From IMG/VR virus record IMGVR_UViG_3300025697_000015: a stretch of 64,000 nucleotides of DNA; one strand, given 5' to 3'. Of this stretch, positions 47,291 through 56,498 are shown one piece after another. This stretch comes from an uncultured virus (IMG/VR IMGVR_UViG_3300025697_000015). Its lineage: Duplodnaviria > Heunggongvirae > Uroviricota > Caudoviricetes. Below the pieces are notes generated by a model. That model worked only from the letters and a program-made list of their open reading frames with translations. It made no database searches and was not told where the DNA came from. Positions within the stretch are counted from its first letter, which is position 1. Every line of letters begins with the position of its first letter. The position numbers and the translations under genes are program-made.

Positions 47291-47757
47291 TTGTCTATCC
47301 TTTTCACTATGTCTAGTATGTCAGCAGGGGAGATTTCGATAATTTTACCCACCCCTTCGTTGTCATTAATAAGTATCTTGATATCTCGGTATTCCGTCCC
47401 CAACATCTGATTGAGGACAAATTCAATTTCCTTGATACAACCACTTGAGGTTTCCCAACCTGGTGACAGATAAATAGCATCACAACGGTTTAGAAACTCC
47501 ATAGTCCCATTCAACCAATACTCAATCCCCACACCGAGCTGTTCCTCATAATGGTGGAAGCCTGCTGTATTTAAGACTGGACTCATTGGGTAGTAGTTGG
47601 GGAATTGCTGTATAAGGGCAACAGTAGCTTTTCGAGCATTCAGGAGGTTCTGTTCAACCACCAATTCATTAGGTCCACGGTAAGGGGTGGCAATATAGCA
47701 AAGTTTTGTAAGTTCGGTCAGTTTTAAATGTTTTTGGGGGTCATTAAAGTTTTCCAT
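47287..47757 (-). CDS. DUF4406/DUF1937-like protein (deoxyribosyltransferase-like fold)
   Basis: YIATPY, SP, CDAIY..PGWETSSGC..E. Confidence 0.7.
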   Translation of the reverse strand: MENFNDPQKHLKLTELTKLCYIATPYRGPNELVVEQNLLNARKATVALIQQFPNYYPMSPVLNTAGFHHYEEQLGVGIEYWLNGTMEFLNRCDAIYLSPGWETSSGCIKEIEFVLNQMLGTEYRDIKILINDNEGVGKIIEISPADILDIVKRIDK

Positions 47758-47813
47758 ATAAGTCTCCAAGCAAGATAAAAGAATCACTCTTTATATTACC
47801 CGAAGACTTGAAT

Positions 47814-48275
47814 CTATTTCAAATTTTCTTGTATAACGTACATAGAGGCAACTCGACCTATAGCCCTATCTGTTTCCTCATAGTCTTCCATATTCTTACG
47901 GGGATCAGGGCAGCATTTAACTATTAATTTTCGAAGTTCTCGGATATCTGCTGCCAACTCGACTGGTTGACGGCCATCATGGAATTCTTGTAACCATCTA
48001 CGAGCCAATTCAGAAATGAGAGGTCCGATACGGCGGTATATAACATGGATTGGGATATTAGGCTGGGTAAGTGACACCATCTCCTCTGCTAAGGCTTCGA
48101 TCATAAGCAGATGCTTACGAACACAGTCTGGGCAGAGTTTGTGGGGTTGGAAAAGATGATCCTCTAAGAGAACCATTTGTTTTGCAGTTTCCCGAATGTT
48201 GTACTCCGGGTCGTGAAGAGTAAGTCTGTTCATATACCGTGCAGCAAATCGACTTATCTTTGACTGTTTTTTCAT
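47814..48275 (-). CDS. hypothetical protein (possibly virion)
   Basis: SD AGGAGG; class-II motif at 48285-48317; RFAARY and RVASMY motifs; CPDC.RKH. Confidence 0.7.
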   Translation of the reverse strand: MKKQSKISRFAARYMNRLTLHDPEYNIRETAKQMVLLEDHLFQPHKLCPDCVRKHLLMIEALAEEMVSLTQPNIPIHVIYRRIGPLISELARRWLQEFHDGRQPVELAADIRELRKLIVKCCPDPRKNMEDYEETDRAIGRVASMYVIQENLK

Positions 48276-48310
48276 ACCGAACCTCCTATTAGGAGATGCT
48301 GATAGGGAGT

Positions 48311-48871
48311 TTATTTTGGAATGGAGTGGTGTCGTACGCAGCAAGCTGTATATTTGTCATCCTGCCCAATATCAACCAATTCTCCATCAGAGGTCAGTTT
48401 CTGTGTCCTTGTGGCATCCCTCCCACACACGGTACAGATGGAAGTCAACTTATCCACACGTTCGGCAACGGCCATCAGCGTAGGAACAGAACCAAAAGGA
48501 GTACCTCTATAATCCATATCTAATCCGGACAGGATAACTCTAATGCCTATCTTAGCCATATACATACAAATACTAATTATTTCAGAAGGAAAGAACTGAA
48601 TCTCATCAATTCCAACTACTTGGGTGTCTTTATCAATCAAATCCAAAATAACATAAGGGTCTTCCACAGATACAGGAGTGGCTTCTACTTCATATCGTGA
48701 ATGAGAGGATATCTTATCCCCGTTGTCATATCGTTTATCAAGGTCAGCTTTGAAAACCTTCATAGGCAGCTTGGCCACCATCACTCTCCGTAGTCTACGG
48801 ATAAGTTCTTCAGATTTCCCACAAAACATAGGCCCGACAATGATTTCAATCCGACCAGACCTATTTGACAT
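48311..48871 (-). CDS. tdk: thymidine kinase
   Basis: GPMFCGKS, IDEIQF, GLDMDYRGTPF, CTVC. Confidence 0.95.
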   Translation of the reverse strand: MSNRSGRIEIIVGPMFCGKSEELIRRLRRVMVAKLPMKVFKADLDKRYDNGDKISSHSRYEVEATPVSVEDPYVILDLIDKDTQVVGIDEIQFFPSEIISICMYMAKIGIRVILSGLDMDYRGTPFGSVPTLMAVAERVDKLTSICTVCGRDATRTQKLTSDGELVDIGQDDKYTACCVRHHSIPK

Positions 48872-49520
48872 CAGGAGCCACCGGACCTTTACTGGTACTC
48901 TTAACTTTATAACCAGCCCGTTTCGTGATTTTTATAGCATCCTCGGCATCACCCTGCCGTATCTTAGCATTCTGTTGTTCGAGGAATAGGATATGATTTT
49001 TCTGAGTTTCTGTCAACGTCATGTTCCCTGTCAGGGTTCTGGCACCAGTATCTTTATCCAATCTGGTAGAAGTCATCCCGTGCAGACCCGGAAGATACAT
49101 TTTAACCATCTCAGGGCTGATATGATCAATAGCAATATCCCAAGCTAATTCAAGGAACAACCCAGCTTTTATCATCACAGGCTTACCGCCGACTTGTGTA
49201 GCCATACGTTTTTTGAACATAGTAATATTACTACCCCTAACACGTAGCTCCAAATCAAGGAAGTGCAGCTCGGTCAGTTTCTCAGGGGCGTTGAAATCCA
49301 ACCTGAATTTAATACAAACTCGAAGGTCTCCAAACTGAATCTTGGGGTTGTTTAATATCCCCCAACCGTGGATGACCAGCTCCAGATCCTTTGATTGAAT
49401 CATCCTGTCAAGGGCATCCATCTCATCGTCTGTCATAGGGACATAAAGACCCAGAGGGTTTTTCCCTCCAAAGATATTTGTTTCAGGGGCTGATTCTGCA
49501 GGTTTCATTTTCTTACTCAT
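48861..49520 (-). CDS. hypothetical protein
   Basis: Coupled ORF. Confidence 0.7.
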   Translation of the reverse strand: MSKKMKPAESAPETNIFGGKNPLGLYVPMTDDEMDALDRMIQSKDLELVIHGWGILNNPKIQFGDLRVCIKFRLDFNAPEKLTELHFLDLELRVRGSNITMFKKRMATQVGGKPVMIKAGLFLELAWDIAIDHISPEMVKMYLPGLHGMTSTRLDKDTGARTLTGNMTLTETQKNHILFLEQQNAKIRQGDAEDAIKITKRAGYKVKSTSKGPVAPDVK

Positions 49521-50011
49521 TTACATAACCTCACATGACAAGATCGGGTTTTCCCATCTCTACGGCCAGAGAAAAACATTGCTACTTGGCCGATAGCTGG
49601 TATTCGGTTTCCTATGATATCACTCTTATGAACATAATGGGTATCTCCTTCTGCATCTTCCAGAAAACCATACCCACGTTGGTTATCAAAGGTCTTTATC
49701 TTACCCTTAATAGGTTCTTGGGTGTCAACCCTGGTCACCCTGGAAGCACGGGGGGCTGAAGCACCTTCACGGATATCATCTAAGTCTACTTTAACATCCA
49801 CAACTTCACCCGCAACAGGAGGCGGTGCCGTCTTTGACCAAGAACAATCTTGGACAGGGCAGGAACCACAGTATGAGGGAGTCTCCCATTTAACACCCGG
49901 GTCAAATGAGCCTAAATGAAAGAACACTTGTTGTTTAGTGTCTTCAAGGATAGCAAACCCATACATCCGTTCCGGCAAGTATCGGTAGATTCTCATTCGG
50001 TACATTGTCAT
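49517..50011 (-). CDS. tandem cold-shock-domain protein
   Basis: YGFA...VFFH and GKIKTFDNQRGYGFL...YVHKS. Confidence 0.8.
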   Translation of the reverse strand: MTMYRMRIYRYLPERMYGFAILEDTKQQVFFHLGSFDPGVKWETPSYCGSCPVQDCSWSKTAPPPVAGEVVDVKVDLDDIREGASAPRASRVTRVDTQEPIKGKIKTFDNQRGYGFLEDAEGDTHYVHKSDIIGNRIPAIGQVAMFFSGRRDGKTRSCHVRLCK

Positions 50012-50014
50012 AAA

Positions 50015-50230
50015 CTATTCTTTTTTTTCTGAGGTTTTCTTTTCTTCAAAGGGGCCAACCTCATCTATTATAATGAAATCATATGTCAACCCTCGGATAC
50101 CTTTTTTCTTTGGGGTTTTTTTTGGGGTTTTTTTTGCAAGTTTTATAAAGGCTTTCATCATAGGATCTAATTTTTCTTTTGTTTGCTCGGTTGCTGTACG
50201 ATAAGCCTCTTTGTTGTATTTGTGTGACAT
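50015..50230 (-). CDS. small basic hypothetical protein
   Basis: KKTP repeats; IRGLTYDFIIIDE. Confidence 0.55.
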   Translation of the reverse strand: MSHKYNKEAYRTATEQTKEKLDPMMKAFIKLAKKTPKKTPKKKGIRGLTYDFIIIDEVGPFEEKKTSEKKE

Positions 50231-50303
50231 TAAATTTCCCTTTTACAAAAGTTGATAAGATAATACCAAACACTTCACCAACTTGTGTTAAAAACCTTCT
50301 ACC

Positions 50304-50897
50304 TTATTGTATTAATTTCTCAATTGCCTCTAAGATTTTCTGTAACTGGGCGTATTTCTCTTCAAGCTGGTTGGTCTTCTTAGGGTCCTTCTTGATTTCT
50401 TTGATCTGCCTCTGCAATATATCTACCAGTAGCCGATACATTTTATATTTTACACGAAGTTCTTGAGCATTCGATTCTTGAACTTTGGCATCAAGCAGTT
50501 GCTTAACAGAGAGGAATATCTTATCAAACTGAGCTTCATACTTATCCCCTAAAGGATTGACGGTACCACCTATATTGTGGATGTTAGCCATCATTTCACA
50601 TAGACGAAATAAGGCAGACTGCAGAAGCACGTTCTCATTATTTAACTTATAGGTTTCGTGAGCTGTTTCGTCATAGGAACTCGAACCTTCAATGCTGACA
50701 TAATCAGTGGCTTTTATTTTCCCAGAAGCTGCTATGTTCTGAGTAACCACAGTGGGCATAGGAGGCTCTACACAAATGACCAACCCATCATCTGATGTGA
50801 TGACAACTCGGTTCGTTGAAGGATAGGTATGCACGTTCTTAGAAGCACAACCGCCTATAATGCAAATGATTAATACACATAATAAAAGATATCTCAT
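50304..50897 (-). CDS. putative lipoprotein with C-terminal coiled coil
   Basis: Hydrophobic signal ending IGGC. Confidence 0.65.
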   Translation of the reverse strand: MRYLLLCVLIICIIGGCASKNVHTYPSTNRVVITSDDGLVICVEPPMPTVVTQNIAASGKIKATDYVSIEGSSSYDETAHETYKLNNENVLLQSALFRLCEMMANIHNIGGTVNPLGDKYEAQFDKIFLSVKQLLDAKVQESNAQELRVKYKMYRLLVDILQRQIKEIKKDPKKTNQLEEKYAQLQKILEAIEKLIQ

Positions 50898-51148
50898 TTT
50901 CCATCCTTGTCTAAATGTTTAATCCCTGCTTCAGCCATATGAATGTACTTATCCAGTGCTGCTTGACCAAGGATGTAACCTACTTCTACTGTACCAGCAG
51001 TTATAACAATGACCAGTAAAACAATGAAGGTGTCACTGTCCATCGAGCCTTTTCCCCAGAACAAAACCATACCTGCTAGGAGTTTCCAGGTGATCTCGAC
51101 AATTAGAAAAGCTATGAATTTCTTGGATTGGAGAGGGGGTGTACTCAT
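50894..51148 (-). CDS. small two-TM membrane protein (holin-like)
   Basis: SKKF followed by two hydrophobic segments and GQA..D; charged tail. Confidence 0.6.
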   Translation of the reverse strand: MSTPPLQSKKFIAFLIVEITWKLLAGMVLFWGKGSMDSDTFIVLLVIVITAGTVEVGYILGQAALDKYIHMAEAGIKHLDKDGK

Positions 51149-51459
51149 CAGCCTCTCCCTTTTGGTTTTTCCAATCGGACTCCGGACTGATTCCATTTTC
51201 TTTGGACATTGTCATGGAAGGTTTTTGAGTTCTGGAAATTGTATTTAGGGATACCATGAGCAAGAGCATTGAGTCGGGTTTGTTCATCAACCAGCATCGT
51301 TGGGACAAGCCGATTGAAAGACTCCAAAGCTGCTGGGATAGTACAGATGAAATCTACAATCAGATTCCCTTCCAGCATAATAGGGTTATCAGGGTCATCT
51401 TCGACCCCTTTTAAAAGATTCGTTCCTGTGTCGTCATACCACCAATCAACATGTGCCAT
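51148..51459 (-). CDS. hypothetical protein
   Basis: SD GGAGG; class-II motif at 51475-51508. Confidence 0.65.
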   Translation of the reverse strand: MAHVDWWYDDTGTNLLKGVEDDPDNPIMLEGNLIVDFICTIPAALESFNRLVPTMLVDEQTRLNALAHGIPKYNFQNSKTFHDNVQRKWNQSGVRLEKPKGRG

Positions 51460-51499
51460 AATTTAACCTCCATTCCTAAATAGAGGTTTTTATAGGGTT

Positions 51500-51913
51500 T
51501 TAAGTGGATTTATCAAGCAGTTCTTGTATCTGACGTTTATTTCGACCAAGGTGGGAGATATCCACACCCTTCTCCTCAGCCTGCCGACGGAATTCCTGGA
51601 GGGAGGGTAAATCAGATTTCCAGTCACGAGCATTTCCATTGCCACCATACTGAATCTCCAACATGACAACCCCGTCATCACCCACAACTACGGTAGCGTC
51701 TCCACGCCGTCCCAGCTCCTTCGTCACCGATTGAGCTACAATGGGTGTCAGTGGGTTGACTTCAAGGTGTATACGGGCTTTTTCGATGGTATCGTGAAGG
51801 GTTACTCTGACTTGTTCAAGTGTTTCTGCTAGAGAAGTCCCTGCTGTAGTTAACAAGGCTTTTGTTAACTCCTTCGACAAAGGTTCTCGGTACAGTTTCT
51901 TTTTATAGGCCAT
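51500..51913 (-). CDS. hypothetical protein
   Basis: SD AGGAG. Confidence 0.7.
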   Translation of the reverse strand: MAYKKKLYREPLSKELTKALLTTAGTSLAETLEQVRVTLHDTIEKARIHLEVNPLTPIVAQSVTKELGRRGDATVVVGDDGVVMLEIQYGGNGNARDWKSDLPSLQEFRRQAEEKGVDISHLGRNKRQIQELLDKST

Positions 51914-52010
51914 AGCTCAAGTTCTCCTGAAAGAGACATTCATTCCCTTATTCTTACCCCAAAACTGAAACTTCTAACTGGGAAAGTTTTATTTGGTAAT
52001 GAAACTTCAT

Positions 52011-52046
52011 AAAAAAAAGCCCTCAGCAATAGGCTGAGGACTTTTT
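52011..52046 (-). terminator. intrinsic terminator
   Basis: CCTCAGC-AATAG-GCTGAGG stem flanked by A8 and T5, downstream of the gene ending at 52080. Confidence 0.75.
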
Positions 52047-52079
52047 CCGGGAATAGCCAGAGGGGACTGGCGGAAGGTT

Positions 52080-52973
52080 TTATTTGTGAGTCAGGATTTT
52101 GTCAAATCCTTTTTCAGCTGTTTGAGCAGCTTTAGCCATCTTATCAGAGGCTTTCTTTACGACTTTAGTTCTATTCACGAAACCTTGAGCCCATTGTTTG
52201 ATGTTTCCACCGAACTGAAGAAATCTCTTGGTAAGACCACTGACACCACCTTTAAGCCAGTCTTTGAAAGCACCGATACCATCAAGGATACCAGCATTCT
52301 TAAGGATAGTTGGGTGGATGCTGGATGTTTTAGCAAACAGCTTACCCATACTAACAGTATGAGAGGAATGAGTGAGGTCTTCAGCACATGCTTCGTAGAT
52401 AACTTGAACTGCTGCAGAAACTTCTGCACCTAACTTGGAAGCAATTCGACCGTACAGGTCTCCTGCTTTTTCACCCCAGTCAGCATCAGTAGGGTCTGCC
52501 AGCATCTGAGCAATACCAGGTCTCTGACGTTTGTAGAAAGACGATATCTCAATGCAAGTATCTTCGGATTCACCACAGAGTTTGGCTTTCACACCAAGTT
52601 CCCGTGCAGCATCTTCGATGAGTTTCTTACCTTTTTTATATTCGGCATCTGAAGCCTTAATGCTTTTGAGGACGGCCTCGGCATCTTTTTTCTGCTTCTT
52701 GAGGGCAACTTGCATTTTATGAAGTTTGTCAATGTATTTCTCAAATTGCATTTTCGAAATACCTGGCAGTTTATCAATTTTCACTTTTTCAAGAGGGTCA
52801 CCAGCAGTTAGATTACGAGAAATCTGAATAGCTTCTACTAGGTCACGACGTTGAGCACCTGTAAGAACCCGTTTTCCCGTGGCATTTTTGACCAATGGTA
52901 AGATTTTATCCCGAAGTGCTGGATTCTCGTGTGCTAACCTGATAGCTTTTCCACGAATTTTGTTAGATTCCAT
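52080..52973 (-). CDS. helical hypothetical protein (possibly virion internal)
   Basis: N-terminal IRLAHENPALRDKILPLVKNA; class-II-like motif at 53019-53052; has its own terminator. Confidence 0.75.
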   Translation of the reverse strand: MESNKIRGKAIRLAHENPALRDKILPLVKNATGKRVLTGAQRRDLVEAIQISRNLTAGDPLEKVKIDKLPGISKMQFEKYIDKLHKMQVALKKQKKDAEAVLKSIKASDAEYKKGKKLIEDAARELGVKAKLCGESEDTCIEISSFYKRQRPGIAQMLADPTDADWGEKAGDLYGRIASKLGAEVSAAVQVIYEACAEDLTHSSHTVSMGKLFAKTSSIHPTILKNAGILDGIGAFKDWLKGGVSGLTKRFLQFGGNIKQWAQGFVNRTKVVKKASDKMAKAAQTAEKGFDKILTHK

Positions 52974-53052
52974 AATATATCCTTATCTGTAATACGTCCA
53001 AAAAAATAGACCATCATATACACAAGAAGGGTTTTATAGACTATAAAACGAA

Positions 53053-53310
53053 CTATTTGCCGTGGTACTTCTCCCGTTCAGCCAACATCTCCTCATTTTC
53101 TTCCTCAACATACCGTTTAACCGTGATACCAAGGTTCTCAAAAAGACGTAAAGCATCGTCGGCAACAGCTTCCGAAGCTACGATTTTCCAATACGTTCTA
53201 GGACCCTGAAAATCTAACCCAGGACTTCCCGGGAGGGTTATTTGAACAGGCGGGCCTGATAACAATAAGAAAGTCCATACTCTATGGATTAAAGTGCTTT
53301 GCTCTGCCAT
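53053..53310 (-). CDS. hypothetical protein
   Basis: Packed ORF. Confidence 0.6.
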   Translation of the reverse strand: MAEQSTLIHRVWTFLLLSGPPVQITLPGSPGLDFQGPRTYWKIVASEAVADDALRLFENLGITVKRYVEEENEEMLAEREKYHGK

Positions 53311-53636
53311 TTCGTCATTCCTTTACTATTATCTCGGGCTGTCCAACCTACAAACTCCACTGAAAAAGATTCCTCATCAGAGATGAAAATATCATCCTCA
53401 GCACAAACCACAGAAACTTTCCCATCACTGGGGAAAGTTACGGTTCTTCCTGAAAATTTACCTTTTTCAGAGACTAATGAACCCACAAGACCTGCAATCT
53501 GAGTTGTCATATTTTGATTTGGGCATACAATAACTGTGTAACCACCCTCAATAAAAACAAGGTTTATAATTTTTTGTAACCCAGCTATCAGAGTTACCTC
53601 GTTAAATTTAATTGATTTCTTTGGTGTCATTTTCAA
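53289..53636 (-). CDS. hypothetical protein
   Basis: Packed ORF. Confidence 0.6.
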   Translation of the reverse strand: MKMTPKKSIKFNEVTLIAGLQKIINLVFIEGGYTVIVCPNQNMTTQIAGLVGSLVSEKGKFSGRTVTFPSDGKVSVVCAEDDIFISDEESFSVEFVGWTARDNSKGMTKWQSKAL

Positions 53637-54753
53637 GTGCCTTCAATTTGAAAGTACTAACCAAACGGGCTGCCCAACCGACTTCTCGGTCAGCTATCTG
53701 ATTGACAGGTGTGATCTCTAAAGTTAAATCTTTGGGTATATGCTGACCCTCCATCTGTCGAACTAAATTAGCAGCTAATGCTTTACCAGCGGTATCCAAG
53801 ATAGAGAAGCCGGCTTGGAGGTTTTGAGCTCCTGTAATGCTAACTCTCCATTTATGAGATGCTTTAATATGGTCAGGAGGAGTTGCTTTGTCAAACTCCC
53901 GCCATCTAACAGAGATTTTCTTAGAAGCTAAATGGCTGATGATAATTCCACGGACAGCAGTTAAACCGGTTCGACGGCCTTGAGTCGAGGATAACATCTT
54001 CCAAGCTGCATCCCTTGCATCCCTTCCGGGCATTTGAAGAAGTTTAGAGGCTTCAGGAAATGAAATAGATCTTGGAGCTGGGACTGACCCTCGACGATAC
54101 TCAGGATGGTCTGTATCAGCCGAGCCGTACAGCATCATCTCCTTGGCTGCATCTGTCCCGTGCTTTGCAATCAAAGCTGTATGCTGCCTCATTAAGGCTA
54201 CATTCTTCATAGAGCCATCTGCAACACCTTCAATTTGTTTCCTTCGTTTCATTTCCAGAGCGTCAACTTCGACCCCCAATTCCTTTTCGGCTTGATTTAT
54301 CATCATGCCTAAAGCTACGGGGTTTCGAGCATTTGAATCTACACCAACTGCCGAAGGACGCCCGATCTCTTTGGGTCCTGTCCGAAGCTCAGGGATATCG
54401 TTATCAAACTGAAGTCGTTCAACGATTCTACCTGTGTATAATGGATTAATCCCCGGAAGACTCCCGGGACGAGAATAGAACGGAGTATTAGGGTCTCCAA
54501 CACCACTTTGAGCAGGACCAATCGGAATCTGATCCTCACGTAAAGGAGACAGATCTTTTGAAGCGTGACCCATTAATTTCTGACTCAGCTCAGGATCACT
54601 TTGGACTAGAGCCATCATTTGGTCCATAGCCTCTGCTTCTGTAATGATTTTATTCTTAGCATCATCCATAATCTTTAGAAGCTTAGGATTTTCTTTGATT
54701 GTATGGCCGAACAGGGTAGATAATGCCTGTAGTGCCTCTTTTTCCATTGTCAT
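53608..54753 (-). CDS. hypothetical protein
   Basis: 381-aa ORF in the replication operon. Confidence 0.75.
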   Translation of the reverse strand: MTMEKEALQALSTLFGHTIKENPKLLKIMDDAKNKIITEAEAMDQMMALVQSDPELSQKLMGHASKDLSPLREDQIPIGPAQSGVGDPNTPFYSRPGSLPGINPLYTGRIVERLQFDNDIPELRTGPKEIGRPSAVGVDSNARNPVALGMMINQAEKELGVEVDALEMKRRKQIEGVADGSMKNVALMRQHTALIAKHGTDAAKEMMLYGSADTDHPEYRRGSVPAPRSISFPEASKLLQMPGRDARDAAWKMLSSTQGRRTGLTAVRGIIISHLASKKISVRWREFDKATPPDHIKASHKWRVSITGAQNLQAGFSILDTAGKALAANLVRQMEGQHIPKDLTLEITPVNQIADREVGWAARLVSTFKLKALENDTKEIN

Positions 54754-54756
54754 TAT

Positions 54757-54978
54757 TTACCCCCACCCATCATCTTTATCTGATGGGAATTCTGTATCTT
54801 CAGAATCCGTCGGAAACTCAGGAGCAGCATCTGCTGCAACTGCTGCAACTTTTGGAATAGTTTCAGGTTTATCTTTCTTAGTTAACCTACAGGCTTCTGC
54901 TAACAAACTCAGTACGGCTCGATTATCCATAATAGACCTCAAATTCCCTAATGCATTCATAACTTGGTCAACTGACAT
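54757..54978 (-). CDS. hypothetical protein
   Basis: Coupled ORF with acidic tail. Confidence 0.6.
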   Translation of the reverse strand: MSVDQVMNALGNLRSIMDNRAVLSLLAEACRLTKKDKPETIPKVAAVAADAAPEFPTDSEDTEFPSDKDDGWG

Positions 54979-55715
54979 TACTTCTTCCCACTATTCATAA
55001 TAATCTTAGCACCTGGCTCTACTTTCTTCACTGTGTTTGGTGAGGAAGGTGCCCAAGGGTCATTAACTGATTCAGAAGGGTCAGCCCCACCAATCATTAT
55101 ACCAGACTTCGGATTCTCTGTATTCCCTAACCGTGATGCCGTCCCTTTTGGTTTCTCCGGTGGTGGTTTTACGGGTGGTTTTGCAAGTTTCTCTGGGGGA
55201 GGTTCGGGTTCAACTGCTGCAATCTCTACTGAGTTCACATCCTCTGGGGCTTTAAGGGACTCAAAAGTTTCCTCGACAGGCTTATCCGTTGGTTCTGGTA
55301 TCTTTAAATCTTTATTTTTAGACTTAGCTAAAGCCTTGGCTGCATCATCAACTGCATTTGTAATATCTTTTGTAGGAGTTTCATTCTTGCCATCGGTGAT
55401 TTCAATCTCCGGGGGGTCCCAATCGTTTTGCTTGGCCATATAAACTCTAAGAGCTTCTCTTGACATCTCTTGAAAGTCTACCAATGTTTTAAACTGAGGG
55501 TCGTTTGGGTTTCCCTGAATAGGATTAAAGAATCTATCAGGTTGAGTAGCTACCCGAGCAGAGAATTTATCTACAGCCCACTTAGCATGTTCACAATATG
55601 GATTACGGCAATAAACACAGAAAGCATTTTGGAATTCCTCTGGGTGATTTGGGACATCTCTCTCAGCTTTTTTTATAGAGTCTGCCATGCAGTCCTCTAA
55701 GAGACTATGTTTCAT
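54978..55715 (-). CDS. hypothetical protein (Cys motif plus Pro-rich region)
   Basis: FCVYCRNPYC; PEPPP/KPP low-complexity region. Confidence 0.7.
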   Translation of the reverse strand: MKHSLLEDCMADSIKKAERDVPNHPEEFQNAFCVYCRNPYCEHAKWAVDKFSARVATQPDRFFNPIQGNPNDPQFKTLVDFQEMSREALRVYMAKQNDWDPPEIEITDGKNETPTKDITNAVDDAAKALAKSKNKDLKIPEPTDKPVEETFESLKAPEDVNSVEIAAVEPEPPPEKLAKPPVKPPPEKPKGTASRLGNTENPKSGIMIGGADPSESVNDPWAPSSPNTVKKVEPGAKIIMNSGKK

Positions 55716-56098
55716 CCCTTAGCCTTTTTAATCCTTGTTTTTGAGTCTGGGATAATAGCAGAAGCCCTCCCCAGCTCTAATGTCGGGATATCTATTTGAG
55801 GGACTGAATGGGAACCATCCAGAGTCACCAAACAAGGCAACATATTATTGATCTCCAGTCGCCGTACCTGCTTACAATCAATACAAGACTCACTCATTTT
55901 AAATTTGTTACAAATCTTTTCCCACACTTTAGCTGGTTGATAGTCCTTGGGCTTTAACCGACCGCTTTTCCAGTACTCATCCAAAGTTATTTTTTCAAAT
56001 TTAGCTATGAGTCCAGCCGTAGGGGGAAAGACCTCCCAATGAACACAAGCAAAAGAAAACTCTTTTCCTTCGTGTGTGAGTTTAATGGGTCTTAACAT
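55712..56098 (-). CDS. hypothetical protein
   Basis: Coupled ORF. Confidence 0.65.
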   Translation of the reverse strand: MLRPIKLTHEGKEFSFACVHWEVFPPTAGLIAKFEKITLDEYWKSGRLKPKDYQPAKVWEKICNKFKMSESCIDCKQVRRLEINNMLPCLVTLDGSHSVPQIDIPTLELGRASAIIPDSKTRIKKAKG

Positions 56099-56498
56099 TT
56101 AGTTTCTCCATAGTAATAATAACATCATCTAGTTCATCAAGACGAGTATGATTGCCTTGTTGTAAAATGTCAAAGGCATTCCATAAAGATTTGTTCTCTT
56201 TAATTGTACCCATTATTTCCTGAGTGTGTGTAGCTCGTTGAATAAGTGCCTCTTTTTCGGCTTTCATTTTAGCTAAGACAGCCGTTTCCGACGGGAGTTT
56301 GCCTACCCTCAAGATGGCTTCTGTCAAGTATTTCAGATAAACAGAACCTGCATCTTTGTCAGAGGCTAAACGGAAAGCTTGTTGGACTAAGTTATTCATT
56401 AACGGACACTCAGACAGATCACACGATCTTGAAGCACATTCGTTAGGATTTCCTGAGCATTCTTCTACACCTGATAGTTGTACTTGTGTTTTTTTCAT
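56082..56498 (-). CDS. hypothetical protein
   Basis: Coupled ORF. Confidence 0.6.
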   Translation of the reverse strand: MKKTQVQLSGVEECSGNPNECASRSCDLSECPLMNNLVQQAFRLASDKDAGSVYLKYLTEAILRVGKLPSETAVLAKMKAEKEALIQRATHTQEIMGTIKENKSLWNAFDILQQGNHTRLDELDDVIITMEKLNVKTH

